Shown here: positions 20,150 through 29,276 of the stretch, piece after piece
Numbering within the stretch: the first letter of the stretch is position 1
How the letters are laid out: every line of letters begins with the position of its first letter
NCBI GenBank assembly: GCA_964230645.1
Contig: CAXRHT010000003.1
Location: 128,001-192,000 of the forward strand
Length of the DNA: 64,000 bases
DNA from: Bdellovibrionales bacterium
Lineage (GTDB): Bacteria; Bdellovibrionota; Bdellovibrionia; Bdellovibrionales; JAGQZY01
Direction: 5' to 3'
Notes under the pieces: generated by a model
What the model was told of the DNA's origin: nothing
What the model saw: the letters and a program-made list of their open reading frames with translations, nothing else
Databases searched by the model: none
Program-made: the position numbers and the translations under genes

Positions 20150-21565
20150 ATGGATATGCGCAAACCACCAAGTAATTTAGAGGCTGAGAAGTCAATTCTT
20201 GGTGGCCTGATGGTGCAACCTGATATATTTGAGGTTGTCTCCGATATTCTGGTTCCCACCGATTTCTATAAACTGGTTCATCAAAAGCTCTACAAGGTTA
20301 TGTTAGATCTCCATAACCGCCGTGAACCTATTGATATCGTTACAGTTTCAAATGAGCTCAATTCCCGCAAAGAGCTTGAGCAAATCGGTGGATCCGCCGT
20401 CTTAGCTGAAATTATGAATGAAGGGCCTACGGCCATTAATATTCATCAATACGCTAAAATCGTGAAAGAAAAATCTCTCAGCCGAGAGTTGATCAATACC
20501 AGCACCGAAATTTTAAACAAAGCCTATGATCAAGACTATGAAAATTTTGATGCCTTTTTGGATGAGTCGGAAGGCAAGTTTTTCAAGATTGGTCAAAAAA
20601 GAGAAGAGTCTGGAGGCTTGGTGGGGGCCGCTGAGCTTATCAAGGTGAGTATTGATAAATTAACAGAACTCTCTGCTCGTAAGGAAGATATTACGGGTAT
20701 TGTTTCTGGCTTTAGCCATTTAGATAAAATGACAGCTGGGTTCCAACGTGGGGATATGGTCATTATCGCTGCAAGACCCTCAATGGGAAAAACAGCCTTC
20801 AGCTTAAACGTAGCGCTTAACGCGGCTCTTCATAATAAAAAGCACGTCGCTTTTTTCTCAGTGGAGATGGCTAAAGAACAGTTGATGATGAGGATGCTAG
20901 CCACAGAAGCTCGCATAAATATGTCTGATTTAAAAGTGGGGCGAATTAAAGACAATGATTGGCCACGCCTGATCGATAAGGCCTCCCAGCTAGGAGAGGC
21001 CAATCTTTATATCGATGATACCAGTGGTATTTCACCCCAAGAAATACGTTCAAAATGTCGAAGAATGAAACAGCAGCATGGACTGGATATGATCCTCATC
21101 GATTATCTGCAGATCATGAAACTTCGTCAGCGTATTGAAAGTCGAGAACGAGAGGTCGCAGAAATTTCAAGAAGTTTAAAGGCGATCGCTAAAGAATTGG
21201 AAGTTCCTGTCATTGCTTTGGCTCAGTTGAACCGAGGTGTTGAAGGGCGAACGGGAGACTCTCGTAAACCAGTTCTTTCAGATTTGCGTGAATCCGGGTC
21301 CATTGAGCAAGACGCTGATTTAATTATGATGCTCTACAGAGAAGAGTACTATGAGCCGGACAATCCAGACATCAAGGGTAAGGCCGATTTGCTGGTTAGA
21401 AAGCATCGTAACGGTCCCGTAGGAGAGTTGGAGTTAAAGTGGGAGGCACAGTATGGACGCTTTTCCGTTTGGCAAAACAACTCACCACAGGGTCCTCAGC
21501 CGCCACCCCCTACACCGATTACCTCCGGCAAACCTAAAAACTTTGCTCCTCAGGTAGGTGGGTAG
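20150..21565 (+). CDS. dnaB: Replicative DNA helicase
   Basis: PPSNLEAEKSILG, AARPSMGKT, IDYLQ, QLNR, SDLRESGSIEQDAD, KHRNGP; Pro-rich C-terminal tail. Confidence 0.97.
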   Translation: MDMRKPPSNLEAEKSILGGLMVQPDIFEVVSDILVPTDFYKLVHQKLYKVMLDLHNRREPIDIVTVSNELNSRKELEQIGGSAVLAEIMNEGPTAINIHQYAKIVKEKSLSRELINTSTEILNKAYDQDYENFDAFLDESEGKFFKIGQKREESGGLVGAAELIKVSIDKLTELSARKEDITGIVSGFSHLDKMTAGFQRGDMVIIAARPSMGKTAFSLNVALNAALHNKKHVAFFSVEMAKEQLMMRMLATEARINMSDLKVGRIKDNDWPRLIDKASQLGEANLYIDDTSGISPQEIRSKCRRMKQQHGLDMILIDYLQIMKLRQRIESREREVAEISRSLKAIAKELEVPVIALAQLNRGVEGRTGDSRKPVLSDLRESGSIEQDADLIMMLYREEYYEPDNPDIKGKADLLVRKHRNGPVGELELKWEAQYGRFSVWQNNSPQGPQPPPPTPITSGKPKNFAPQVGG

Positions 21566-22512
21566 TGAAAGAAATCACAATTGCTGTGATTTTTTTTAAT
21601 GAGCAAGGCAACCTCCCTCGACTGCTAAAATCTTTTGAAGCGCAATTAAAAGAACCAATGAATGCTTCTTTCGATCTTTTATTTATTAATAATTCATCCA
21701 CAGATCACTCCAAAGTGATCGTAGAAAATTGGATAGAATCGAATTCTCAGTTCTCTTGTAAACTTATTACTCGGAAAAAGAATCAACTTTCAGAGGCAAG
21801 GCAGCAAGCGGCCGAGCTCTGTCAAACCCATTGGCTGGTCTATGTGGATGCCGACACCGAGCTTGATTGGGACTGGGCTCAAGGAATACTCACTACCTAT
21901 AGAGACCTTGCTACAAATGCCATAGGGATTGGTGGAAAAAGTTATTTCGTTCCCACCCAGCCTTGGCACAAATGGGTTGTGCCGCTGGCCGAGCTTTTTC
22001 CACTGGGAAAATCAAAGGACATTGTCGAAGTCGATCATGTGCCAACAAACAATTATCTAGTCAATGTGAAACACCTGCTTGAGGTGGGAGGATTCGACCA
22101 AAGATTTTTCAATGTGGGAGAAGATTTAGATCTTAATATTCGTTTAAGGAATCAGGGGTCAATTTATTACAGCGAAAACTTTTCTGTAAAACATTTTCTT
22201 CCCGTTAACCAAACACAGTGGTTTAAAAAAATGTTTCGTTATGGCTGGGCGCAGTCATTTGTCGCCATGAAAAATCGCGGAGGGATTTCCCCATTAAAAG
22301 CACTACCATTCCTTTTTCTGATTATTCTTGGAGTGAGTCTTTTCTATCAGACCTTTGTGGTTGGTTTGATTCTAATTTGTAGCCTTTTTTTTCCGAGACT
22401 TCGCTTCTACCTTCTCAGTTTTTTATTTTATGGCATAGGAGAGACCTACGGTGGTATCGATTATATATTGAAAGCTCAGTTTAAAGGACGATCACCGGTA
22501 CCGTCGACATAG
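21565..22512 (+). CDS. Glycosyltransferase family 2 with C-terminal membrane segments
   Basis: FFNEQ, VYVDAD (DxD), GGFD...GEDLDL, hydrophobic C-terminus; GTG start overlaps the dnaB stop by 1 nt. Confidence 0.88.
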   Translation: MKEITIAVIFFNEQGNLPRLLKSFEAQLKEPMNASFDLLFINNSSTDHSKVIVENWIESNSQFSCKLITRKKNQLSEARQQAAELCQTHWLVYVDADTELDWDWAQGILTTYRDLATNAIGIGGKSYFVPTQPWHKWVVPLAELFPLGKSKDIVEVDHVPTNNYLVNVKHLLEVGGFDQRFFNVGEDLDLNIRLRNQGSIYYSENFSVKHFLPVNQTQWFKKMFRYGWAQSFVAMKNRGGISPLKALPFLFLIILGVSLFYQTFVVGLILICSLFFPRLRFYLLSFLFYGIGETYGGIDYILKAQFKGRSPVPST

Positions 22513-22535
22513 AAAATTATAGTCTTAATTTTCTA
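22510..22535. terminator. 10-bp perfect AT-rich inverted repeat after the first GT gene (terminator or operator)
   Basis: TAGAAAATTA-tagtct-TAATTTTCTA. Confidence 0.35.
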
Positions 22536-22793
22536 AAAATAAATTTCCACAAATATAAAAGAAGCCGGATTTTTTGAACTTTTTGAGAGGTGTCATCTAG
22601 TTTAGCTCTAGATTCGTGAAATCAAGCTAGCAGTGACCTAAAGAAAATTGAGCCAATCCTTTTTGGCGATGAAATCAATTCTCAATGAGAGTGAGGGCAC
22701 CTTCAAAAATAAAATTTTCCCAACATATTCTCTTCTCGTGTTTGCTTTGTATTACCATTTTTCCTATTATAAGAGCCTTCAATAAAGGCAGTT

Positions 22794-23525
22794 ATGATTC
22801 AAAGTCTCTCGATTATCATGCCCTGTTTCAACGAACAGGAGGCCATTCCAAATGTTCTTCCAAGAACTCTACAATCACTTAATGATTTGAAAGTCTCTGG
22901 AAAGATTAAAGATTTTGAACTGATCGTTGTGAATGATAAGTCCACAGACAAATCTGTGGAGCAGATAAAAAAGTTTAAAAATGTAAAACTGGTTCATACC
23001 AATGGAACGGGAAGAGGCTATGGTAAGGCCTTGAAAGAGGGTTTTAAAGCCGCCCAGTCCGAGTGGATAGGGTTTCTGGATATGGACAATAGTTATCGTC
23101 CCGAGGACCTTCCACTATTTATTGATGAAATTGATAAGGGGCAAAGTGATTTTATTATGGGTCAAAGAAGTTTGGCTGAACAAGGAATGAGCTTTACAAG
23201 AGGTATTGGTAATTGGCTCTACGTTGTCTTGTCCCGTTGGTTTTATAATTCCTATCTATCCGATGTCTGTAGCGGTTATCGCATTTTTCATCGCCGACAC
23301 CTCGGAGATATTCTCAATATCGAAGAGGATGGTTTAAACTTTTCCATTCAACTGACTCTAGAGATGATTGGCCAGAAAAACCTTATTGCTCCAATTCCTA
23401 TCCAATACGATGAACGTCTTGGTGAATCGAAACTTTCTGTTTTGAGCGATGGTCTGGCATTTTTAAAAGTAATATTAACCGCCAAGTTGAGGCAAGCCCG
23501 TGCTTTTAAGCATAGTCGAGTGTAG
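22794..23525 (+). CDS. Glycosyltransferase family 2, polyprenol-phosphate glycosyltransferase (DPM1/ArnC-like)
   Basis: SIIMPCFNE, VVNDKSTD, GYGKAL, FLDMD, DVCSGYR, RLGESKL. Confidence 0.9.
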   Translation: MIQSLSIIMPCFNEQEAIPNVLPRTLQSLNDLKVSGKIKDFELIVVNDKSTDKSVEQIKKFKNVKLVHTNGTGRGYGKALKEGFKAAQSEWIGFLDMDNSYRPEDLPLFIDEIDKGQSDFIMGQRSLAEQGMSFTRGIGNWLYVVLSRWFYNSYLSDVCSGYRIFHRRHLGDILNIEEDGLNFSIQLTLEMIGQKNLIAPIPIQYDERLGESKLSVLSDGLAFLKVILTAKLRQARAFKHSRV

Positions 23526-24249
23526 TGATTATCGAAAATATCAAGGAAGAGGCGAGTGGGGTGAAATTCAAAAGTCCCAGGCTACCGAATTAATTGGACC
23601 CGTTGTTCATAAAAATATCGCTTCAATGCGAAACCTAGGAGCGTCTAAATCCACAGGTTCTTGGATTTTTTTTAAAGATCAAGACTGCCAAGTGGATTCC
23701 ATAAAGTTAATAGAATTAATAGAAAAATACTCTGACTATGATGTCATTGGGGGAGTTTACTCAAACTTTGAAACCACTTCCTATTACTCAAAAGTTTATC
23801 ACGAGATTCAAAGAAAATGGCTTTTGAAAGGTATTCTTAAAAAGGGAGAAGGTCTGCCACAAACAAAACATGTTTTGGGCGGTGCTCTGGCCATTAAGAA
23901 ATCGGTTCTTAAAGAGATGGGTGGGTTCTCAGAAAAAATTGGTTGGGGAGCAGAGGAGACCGAGCTTTTAGACCGATTGACCCAACAGAAAAAGAAAGTC
24001 GGTATTTGTTATTCCCTTAAGGTTCGACATAAACACAATATGGGTCTATTTGGCTTTATAAAAAGAGCGTGGAAACAAAACTTCAACCTCATCTATTACG
24101 TCAATCCCGAACCGCAAACGCCCCCTTTAAAGATTAATTATTTAAGATCAATACTCGTTCATCTGCCAGGAATTGCTCTCTTTTTCTCAGTGGCAAAAAT
24201 GGCTCAATCGACAGCCCTTATTCTTCGCAGTTTAAAGAGAATACGATGA
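23500..24249 (+). CDS. Glycosyltransferase family 2-like protein with divergent N-terminus
   Basis: RNLGA...WIFFKDQD (DxD), GGFSEKIGWGAEETEL; overlaps both neighbours. Confidence 0.78.
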   Translation: MLLSIVECSDYRKYQGRGEWGEIQKSQATELIGPVVHKNIASMRNLGASKSTGSWIFFKDQDCQVDSIKLIELIEKYSDYDVIGGVYSNFETTSYYSKVYHEIQRKWLLKGILKKGEGLPQTKHVLGGALAIKKSVLKEMGGFSEKIGWGAEETELLDRLTQQKKKVGICYSLKVRHKHNMGLFGFIKRAWKQNFNLIYYVNPEPQTPPLKINYLRSILVHLPGIALFFSVAKMAQSTALILRSLKRIR

Positions 24250-25247
24250 GCCTTCTACGGTCCTTATTTAATAAAAAACAAAAGATTTCCCAGCTAAAAC
24301 AGCCTTTCAATGCGGAAGTTTTATTTGTTTTATTTGATGTTTTTTATGTTTGTTTTGATGAGCCAAACAAAGAGGAAAATTGGCGTCAAATTAAAGCAAT
24401 AATTCCAAAAGCAAAAAAAGTTGAGGGAGTGGTTGGTTTTGACAACGCACTAAAGCAATGCGCGAAACTATCAAGCACGGAGTACTTTTTTCTAATAGAC
24501 GGTGACAACCAATTGATTGAAAGGCGTTTTCGAAGGTCCTTATCAATTGAAGGTTTACAAGATGACTGGGTTTTATCCTGGGCTTCACTTAATACAGTGA
24601 ACGGTCTAACCTATGGCAATGGCGGTCTCAAACTTTGGCCCAAGGAGGTCGCCCTGAGTATCAAATCTCATGAAAATGCCAACCAGGGAGATGATCAAAC
24701 AGATTACTGTTTTATTGCCTCTTATTATCTTATCGATGACTATGTCAGCCGGACCATTGTGAATAAAACTTTTCGTCAAGCTTTCCGCGCTGGTTTTAGA
24801 GAAGGTGTTAAGATGAGTCTTGCGTATGGAAAGCAAGTGGATTTTAGTAAAAAGAATTTTGAAGAAGCCTTGGGGCGCCAAAATCGATTGCGACTGAAAA
24901 TATGGTGCGAGGTGGGCTCGGATGTTATTAATGGCATGTGGGCCATCCTCGGTGCAAGAATGGGACTCTATTGCAATGCTGTAAAAAAATTCGACTACAG
25001 TAAAATTAATTCTTACGAATGGATAGAATCGTTACTGCAAGAAGAAGTTTTTAAACCTCTTGATGTTGAAATGAGCCAGGTTGAAAATCATGATTTCGAC
25101 GCGAGAAGGCTCTCACCACTTATTGAAAATTTTGGCAGAAAAATTACGGAAGCTCTCCCCTTAGAGTTAAAACTCCTTACGCCCATTGAAAGTTTGCAGT
25201 TTAAAGAGGACTTCAAAAACCCCCGTCGCTCGGGCCTACTCAGTTAA
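24246..25247 (+). CDS. GT-A-fold-like protein of a family recalled mainly from large phages
   Basis: DVFYVCFDEPN, GVVGFDNA, FFLIDGDN (DxD), VNGLTYGNGGLKLW, QAFRAGFREGVKMSL; ATGA overlap. Confidence 0.65.
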   Translation: MSLLRSLFNKKQKISQLKQPFNAEVLFVLFDVFYVCFDEPNKEENWRQIKAIIPKAKKVEGVVGFDNALKQCAKLSSTEYFFLIDGDNQLIERRFRRSLSIEGLQDDWVLSWASLNTVNGLTYGNGGLKLWPKEVALSIKSHENANQGDDQTDYCFIASYYLIDDYVSRTIVNKTFRQAFRAGFREGVKMSLAYGKQVDFSKKNFEEALGRQNRLRLKIWCEVGSDVINGMWAILGARMGLYCNAVKKFDYSKINSYEWIESLLQEEVFKPLDVEMSQVENHDFDARRLSPLIENFGRKITEALPLELKLLTPIESLQFKEDFKNPRRSGLLS

Positions 25248-25424
25248 TTTAATTTAAAAAAATAAATTGTTGGGAAAGGTCTGTATTCGAAACAAACAGT
25301 CTCGAGCTGAAAGACCGGTATTTGAGGGGGCCTCCACCCTCGACCTTTGTAGCAATATAATTTTAGTGCTTTCCATCCCTCTTCTCTTTTTGGTTGAATG
25401 ATTTTAGCAAGAGGGGGGAGACTC

Positions 25425-25634
25425 ATGGATGAGACTCTAATCAAACAAGTGGCCATGCAAACGGGCCTTAATCAAGAACAAGTACAGAAAATATTAAAGA
25501 ATTGGGTTATGGACACGGGGAGAAGTCCCCAAGATTTAGGCCTTGAGGACTTAAGAGAAGTTCTTGTTCACATTCTCCAAAATCTATTTCAAGAAATTGC
25601 AGAAGGTGAAAACAAGTATGTGAAAGTGTCCTAA
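25425..25634 (+). CDS. Small helical hypothetical protein
   Basis: 69 aa from ATG 25425 with strong GAGGGGGGAG RBS. Confidence 0.75.
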   Translation: MDETLIKQVAMQTGLNQEQVQKILKNWVMDTGRSPQDLGLEDLREVLVHILQNLFQEIAEGENKYVKVS

Positions 25635-25657
25635 GAAAAGACACTTCTAAAAACTAA

Positions 25658-26116
25658 TTAGGATTCTTTTGGGTTAAGTCTTTCAACAGTGATAACAATT
25701 TCCTGTTCAAGACCTTCTCCCATATTAATCATAGCTTTATGCTGACCAAGAACTTTAATCGGCTCAGGCAATGAGATGTCTCTTTTATCAACGATATGAC
25801 CTTGCTTCTCGAGTTCATCGGAAATGTCTTTGTTAGTCACTGAACCAAAGAGTTTGTCTTCATCTCCAGCATTGAGTTTGAAAACGAGTTGTAGGCCTGC
25901 GATTTTTTCTAGGGTCTCTTTTCTTTCTCCCATTGCTTTTTTACGGCGGGAGTCTGCCACACGCTGCCAGTGTTCAAATTCTTTCACTCGTTTTTCAGTC
26001 GCCTCAGCAGCCAACTTTCTAGGGAATAGAAAATTGCGGGCGTAACCATTAGCAACATTCACAAGTTCACCCACTTTACCAAGATCTTTTACGTCTTGTT
26101 TTAAAATAACTTTCAT
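25658..26116 (-). CDS. rplI: 50S ribosomal protein L9
   Basis: [33 protein letters not shown]. Confidence 0.98.
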   Translation of the reverse strand: MKVILKQDVKDLGKVGELVNVANGYARNFLFPRKLAAEATEKRVKEFEHWQRVADSRRKKAMGERKETLEKIAGLQLVFKLNAGDEDKLFGSVTNKDISDELEKQGHIVDKRDISLPEPIKVLGQHKAMINMGEGLEQEIVITVERLNPKES

Positions 26117-26128
26117 TTTGAACTCCTC

Positions 26129-27046
26129 TTAACTTTCTTTTACATGCTTTTTGTTTTTTAAGTTTTTAAATCTAAAATCAAACCAATAATCTAAAATTCC
26201 CAAGCCACTGACAAAAATGAACATTTGGAAAAAGACGAGAAAATAGGCCAATAGTCGCCAGAACCCATGAATGGATAGGCGATCCAAAAAATAAGTAAAT
26301 ACGGCCAACCCTTGGAAAAAATAGGCCGCCATTGTAATCGCTAGAACATTTGAGCCGGCCACGGAGAGTACAGTGGAGCCTAGGTCTAAAAATGTGGTCG
26401 CCAGACTGATGATAAAAGCCCAGATGGTCCAATCCGGAAGTCGAAACATGCGCATTTGCAAATGTTTCCGGGGGGAATTGGGAAGTCTTGTTACCGTCAG
26501 TGAGATAAAGATGATTACCATCAGGGTAATGATAAGTCCTGAGGGTATGTACCAAACCAATTCCGTGAGGTCGACTTCCTTAAACCGAGGCATTTGCTGT
26601 AGCTGCTGATGAATGGGCTCGGCTTTTTCGGTGAGCAAGAGTTTCATGTTTTGCCCGGTCCAGCGAGTGTAACCGAAAACAGCAAACAGGTTCGTGCCAG
26701 CCGTTACAAGTACAGTGACAGTGGAAGCTATGAAAATGGAAAAATTCTTTTCCTCAAGCTCTCGGTAGACTCCGATTAGGAAACACAAAGAAAAATAAAC
26801 CAGAGACCACTGCCACAAACCAAAAGCCAGTAGGGTTGCTGAGCACACCAGAGACGTGAATAGGAAGACTCGACGCCCATAAATCAACCGCATATACCGG
26901 ATCGGAAGTGCGGCGAGAAAAACAAAGGCGTAGGACAGCGCCACTCCCATTAAGGAAGTGAAAGCCCAACGAAAACTAAAGGTACGTCCCTTGTTTTCTG
27001 ATAGATTTTTTGAGTGATTTTGACTCACATCAATCTCCAGGTTCAT
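26129..27046 (-). CDS. DUF2232 (YybS-like) membrane protein
   Basis: Multi-TM, YFFQGLAV, LGILDYWFDFR; typical position directly upstream of rplI. Confidence 0.85.
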   Translation of the reverse strand: MNLEIDVSQNHSKNLSENKGRTFSFRWAFTSLMGVALSYAFVFLAALPIRYMRLIYGRRVFLFTSLVCSATLLAFGLWQWSLVYFSLCFLIGVYRELEEKNFSIFIASTVTVLVTAGTNLFAVFGYTRWTGQNMKLLLTEKAEPIHQQLQQMPRFKEVDLTELVWYIPSGLIITLMVIIFISLTVTRLPNSPRKHLQMRMFRLPDWTIWAFIISLATTFLDLGSTVLSVAGSNVLAITMAAYFFQGLAVFTYFLDRLSIHGFWRLLAYFLVFFQMFIFVSGLGILDYWFDFRFKNLKNKKHVKES

Positions 27047-27093
27047 AGCAAAGCAAACGGGCGCTGAAAAAAAATTCAGCCAGCCAATAAAAA

Positions 27094-27522
27094 TTAATTT
27101 TTATTACGAGCGGCTTTTCTAGCCTTGTACTTGGCTTCTTTTTCTTTTTCTTTTTGAAGGGTATCGGCGAGACGATCTTTGAAAGCCTCAACTTGCTTGG
27201 CCAATGTTTCTTTTTCAGAAAGACGAGTATGAACGACTCGGATGACTTTATCGTTGAGCTTCATAGTTCTTTCTAGTTCCTTGATGGCATCTGGGGAGGC
27301 CATAAAAGTGGAGTGAAAATAAATGGCTCGAGTGGTTTTCTCAATGGGGTTGGCTAGTTTTCTTTTTCCCCAAGTGTCTACGTGGTTAAGTTCACCGGAG
27401 AAAGACTCGATGATTGATTTATTTTTTTTGAAAAGAGCTTTTTGATCTTCTTCAGAAGCGTCAACATCCATCATGATAACGGCTTCGTAGGGACGGGTTA
27501 CGGTAACTTTTGATAATTCCAT
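27094..27522 (-). CDS. rpsF: 30S ribosomal protein S6
   Basis: RPYEAVIM, WGKRKLANPIEK, ELERTMKLNDKVIR; start set to ATG 27522 with AAAGGA SD. Confidence 0.96.
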   Translation of the reverse strand: MELSKVTVTRPYEAVIMMDVDASEEDQKALFKKNKSIIESFSGELNHVDTWGKRKLANPIEKTTRAIYFHSTFMASPDAIKELERTMKLNDKVIRVVHTRLSEKETLAKQVEAFKDRLADTLQKEKEKEAKYKARKAARNKN

Positions 27523-27529
27523 CGTGTTT

Positions 27530-27571
27530 CCTTTCGGGTTAAGCCCATGATTCTTTCCATCATGAGCAAGG
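27530..27571 (-). promoter_or_regulatory. S6:S18 ribosomal-protein leader (cis-regulatory RNA)
   Basis: Minus strand CCTT-GCTCATGAT-ggaaaga-ATCATGGGC-ttaaCCCga-AAGG: 9-bp inner stem, CCC in the 3' internal loop, outer CCTT pairing with the SD of rpsF. Confidence 0.75.
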
Positions 27572-27690
27572 CATATTGGCTTATTTTTGTGGCATTTGAT
27601 AGCACAGGCCGAGAAGGAGAACAAGCAGAAAGTCCGTGCTCAAAGAGCCTAACTTCTTGATTTGCCATGGAGAATCTCCAAAAATAGGGT

Positions 27691-28383
27691 ATGAGACTCT
27701 ACCTGGAAATCATTGAAGGCCCCTCAGAGGGCCGAAAATTAAGTCTATCGAAAACGGCCACCATCGGACGCAAAGGGGCTGATATCCTTCTCAATGACGC
27801 TAAGTTGTCGGGAATACATGCTATTTTCCAATACGATGAAAAAGAAGGCTGGGCCATCATTGATAATGACTCTCGAAATGGGATTTGGGTTAACGGTTTG
27901 AAAGAAATTCGCATGATCCTTCAGGATTCCGATGAAATTCTCATCGGCTCATCCAAGATGCTTTGTCGGTTGGTTGAGGGAAATAGCTTTAAGTTCTCTG
28001 AAAAGTTCAGCGTTTGGGTACAAAAACTGTTTAAATCTTCAAAAAATCAGAGTCCTGATTCTTTAAGCGAAATCAAACCAGAGGTGCGACTTAAGGTTAT
28101 TCAGGGAATACAGTATGGGGAAATTTGGGATATTAATTATGGGCCTCGCAAAGCCGGTAAGGAAAATAGTGATATTTGTCTTTACGAAGAGGTGGCTCCG
28201 GAGGAGTCTTTTGAAATTCGCGTGAAGGGAAAGTACGCTTATTTCTACACGGAAAGAGAAAAAATCGTTAAATTAAATAATGAAAGTGTGAGAGAAAAAC
28301 AATTCACGCCAGGGGATGTGATTTCCATTGGTGAGAGTCAAATATTAGTTGAGCTGGATGAGGGTGATGGATTCAGTCCTTAA
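27691..28383 (+). CDS. Tandem FHA-domain protein
   Basis: IGR...LSGIHA...SRNGIWVNG (canonical FHA) plus a second, degenerate FHA-like repeat (LKVIQG...GDVISIGES). Confidence 0.85.
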   Translation: MRLYLEIIEGPSEGRKLSLSKTATIGRKGADILLNDAKLSGIHAIFQYDEKEGWAIIDNDSRNGIWVNGLKEIRMILQDSDEILIGSSKMLCRLVEGNSFKFSEKFSVWVQKLFKSSKNQSPDSLSEIKPEVRLKVIQGIQYGEIWDINYGPRKAGKENSDICLYEEVAPEESFEIRVKGKYAYFYTEREKIVKLNNESVREKQFTPGDVISIGESQILVELDEGDGFSP

Positions 28384-29251
28384 GGAATCAGGATATTTTG
28401 AAAGTTTCGATGATACAGAGGTGTATTTTGAAACTAGAGGCACAGGGGAGCCCCTGTTTTTCTGTTATGGAATTGGATGTCTTTTCAACCATTGGTTTCC
28501 CCAAGTGCAGTACTTTTCTAAATATCGAAAAGTCACGATGCTCGATTATCGTGGGCATCACAAGTCACCGGTCCCAAACGATAAATCAAGTCTGACAATT
28601 GCATCTTTAGCTATGGATCTCATTGCTTATTGTGATCAGAACTCCATTAAGAAGGCGGATTTTGTGGGGCACAGTTTTGGTTGCCAGGTATTGTTACTGG
28701 CGCATGAAAAGCGGCCCGACCTTTTCCGGAGTTTGGTTTTTGTGAATGGCCTTTATAGGAACCCCTTTGAGCACATGATCAAAGCGGATGATTTGGTGGA
28801 GCTCGTCAACCAAGCTAAGAAAATATACAACCAAGCCCCTGGGATTATTTCTACCTTGTGGGCAAAGGGAGTTACAAATCCGATTTTAGTTCCCTTGAGT
28901 GCTTTAACAGGAGGATTTAACCTTTCCCAGACTGCACTTAAGGATATTGAAATTTACGCCCGAGGTGTGTCGGCGATTGATATTCGCGTTTTTCTAACAT
29001 TTTTTGAGGAAATGGTTTCGTTTGATTCAGAGGACTATTTGAGCCGAATCCGAACCCCTACCCTCATCATCTGTGGGTCTAAAGACGCTCTCACTCCCTT
29101 GGATGAACAAGAAAAAATGCATGAACTTATAGCCAATAGCGAACTTTATCCTGTTCCCTACGGTTCTCATTGCACGCAATTGGATTTTCCAGAGATGGTT
29201 AATCTGAAATTACAAAGTTTTTTCGAAGAAGTAAAAAAAGGCGCCCGATAA
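28367..29251 (+). CDS. Alpha/beta hydrolase
   Basis: DYRGH, GHSFG nucleophile elbow, GSKD, GSH. Confidence 0.92.
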   Translation: MDSVLKESGYFESFDDTEVYFETRGTGEPLFFCYGIGCLFNHWFPQVQYFSKYRKVTMLDYRGHHKSPVPNDKSSLTIASLAMDLIAYCDQNSIKKADFVGHSFGCQVLLLAHEKRPDLFRSLVFVNGLYRNPFEHMIKADDLVELVNQAKKIYNQAPGIISTLWAKGVTNPILVPLSALTGGFNLSQTALKDIEIYARGVSAIDIRVFLTFFEEMVSFDSEDYLSRIRTPTLIICGSKDALTPLDEQEKMHELIANSELYPVPYGSHCTQLDFPEMVNLKLQSFFEEVKKGAR

Positions 29252-29263
29252 GAGTGCCTTTTT
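29235..29263. terminator. Bidirectional intrinsic terminator
   Basis: AAAAAGGCGC...GTGCCTTTTT between convergent genes. Confidence 0.65.
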
Positions 29264-29276
29264 CTTTAAAGGTTAT

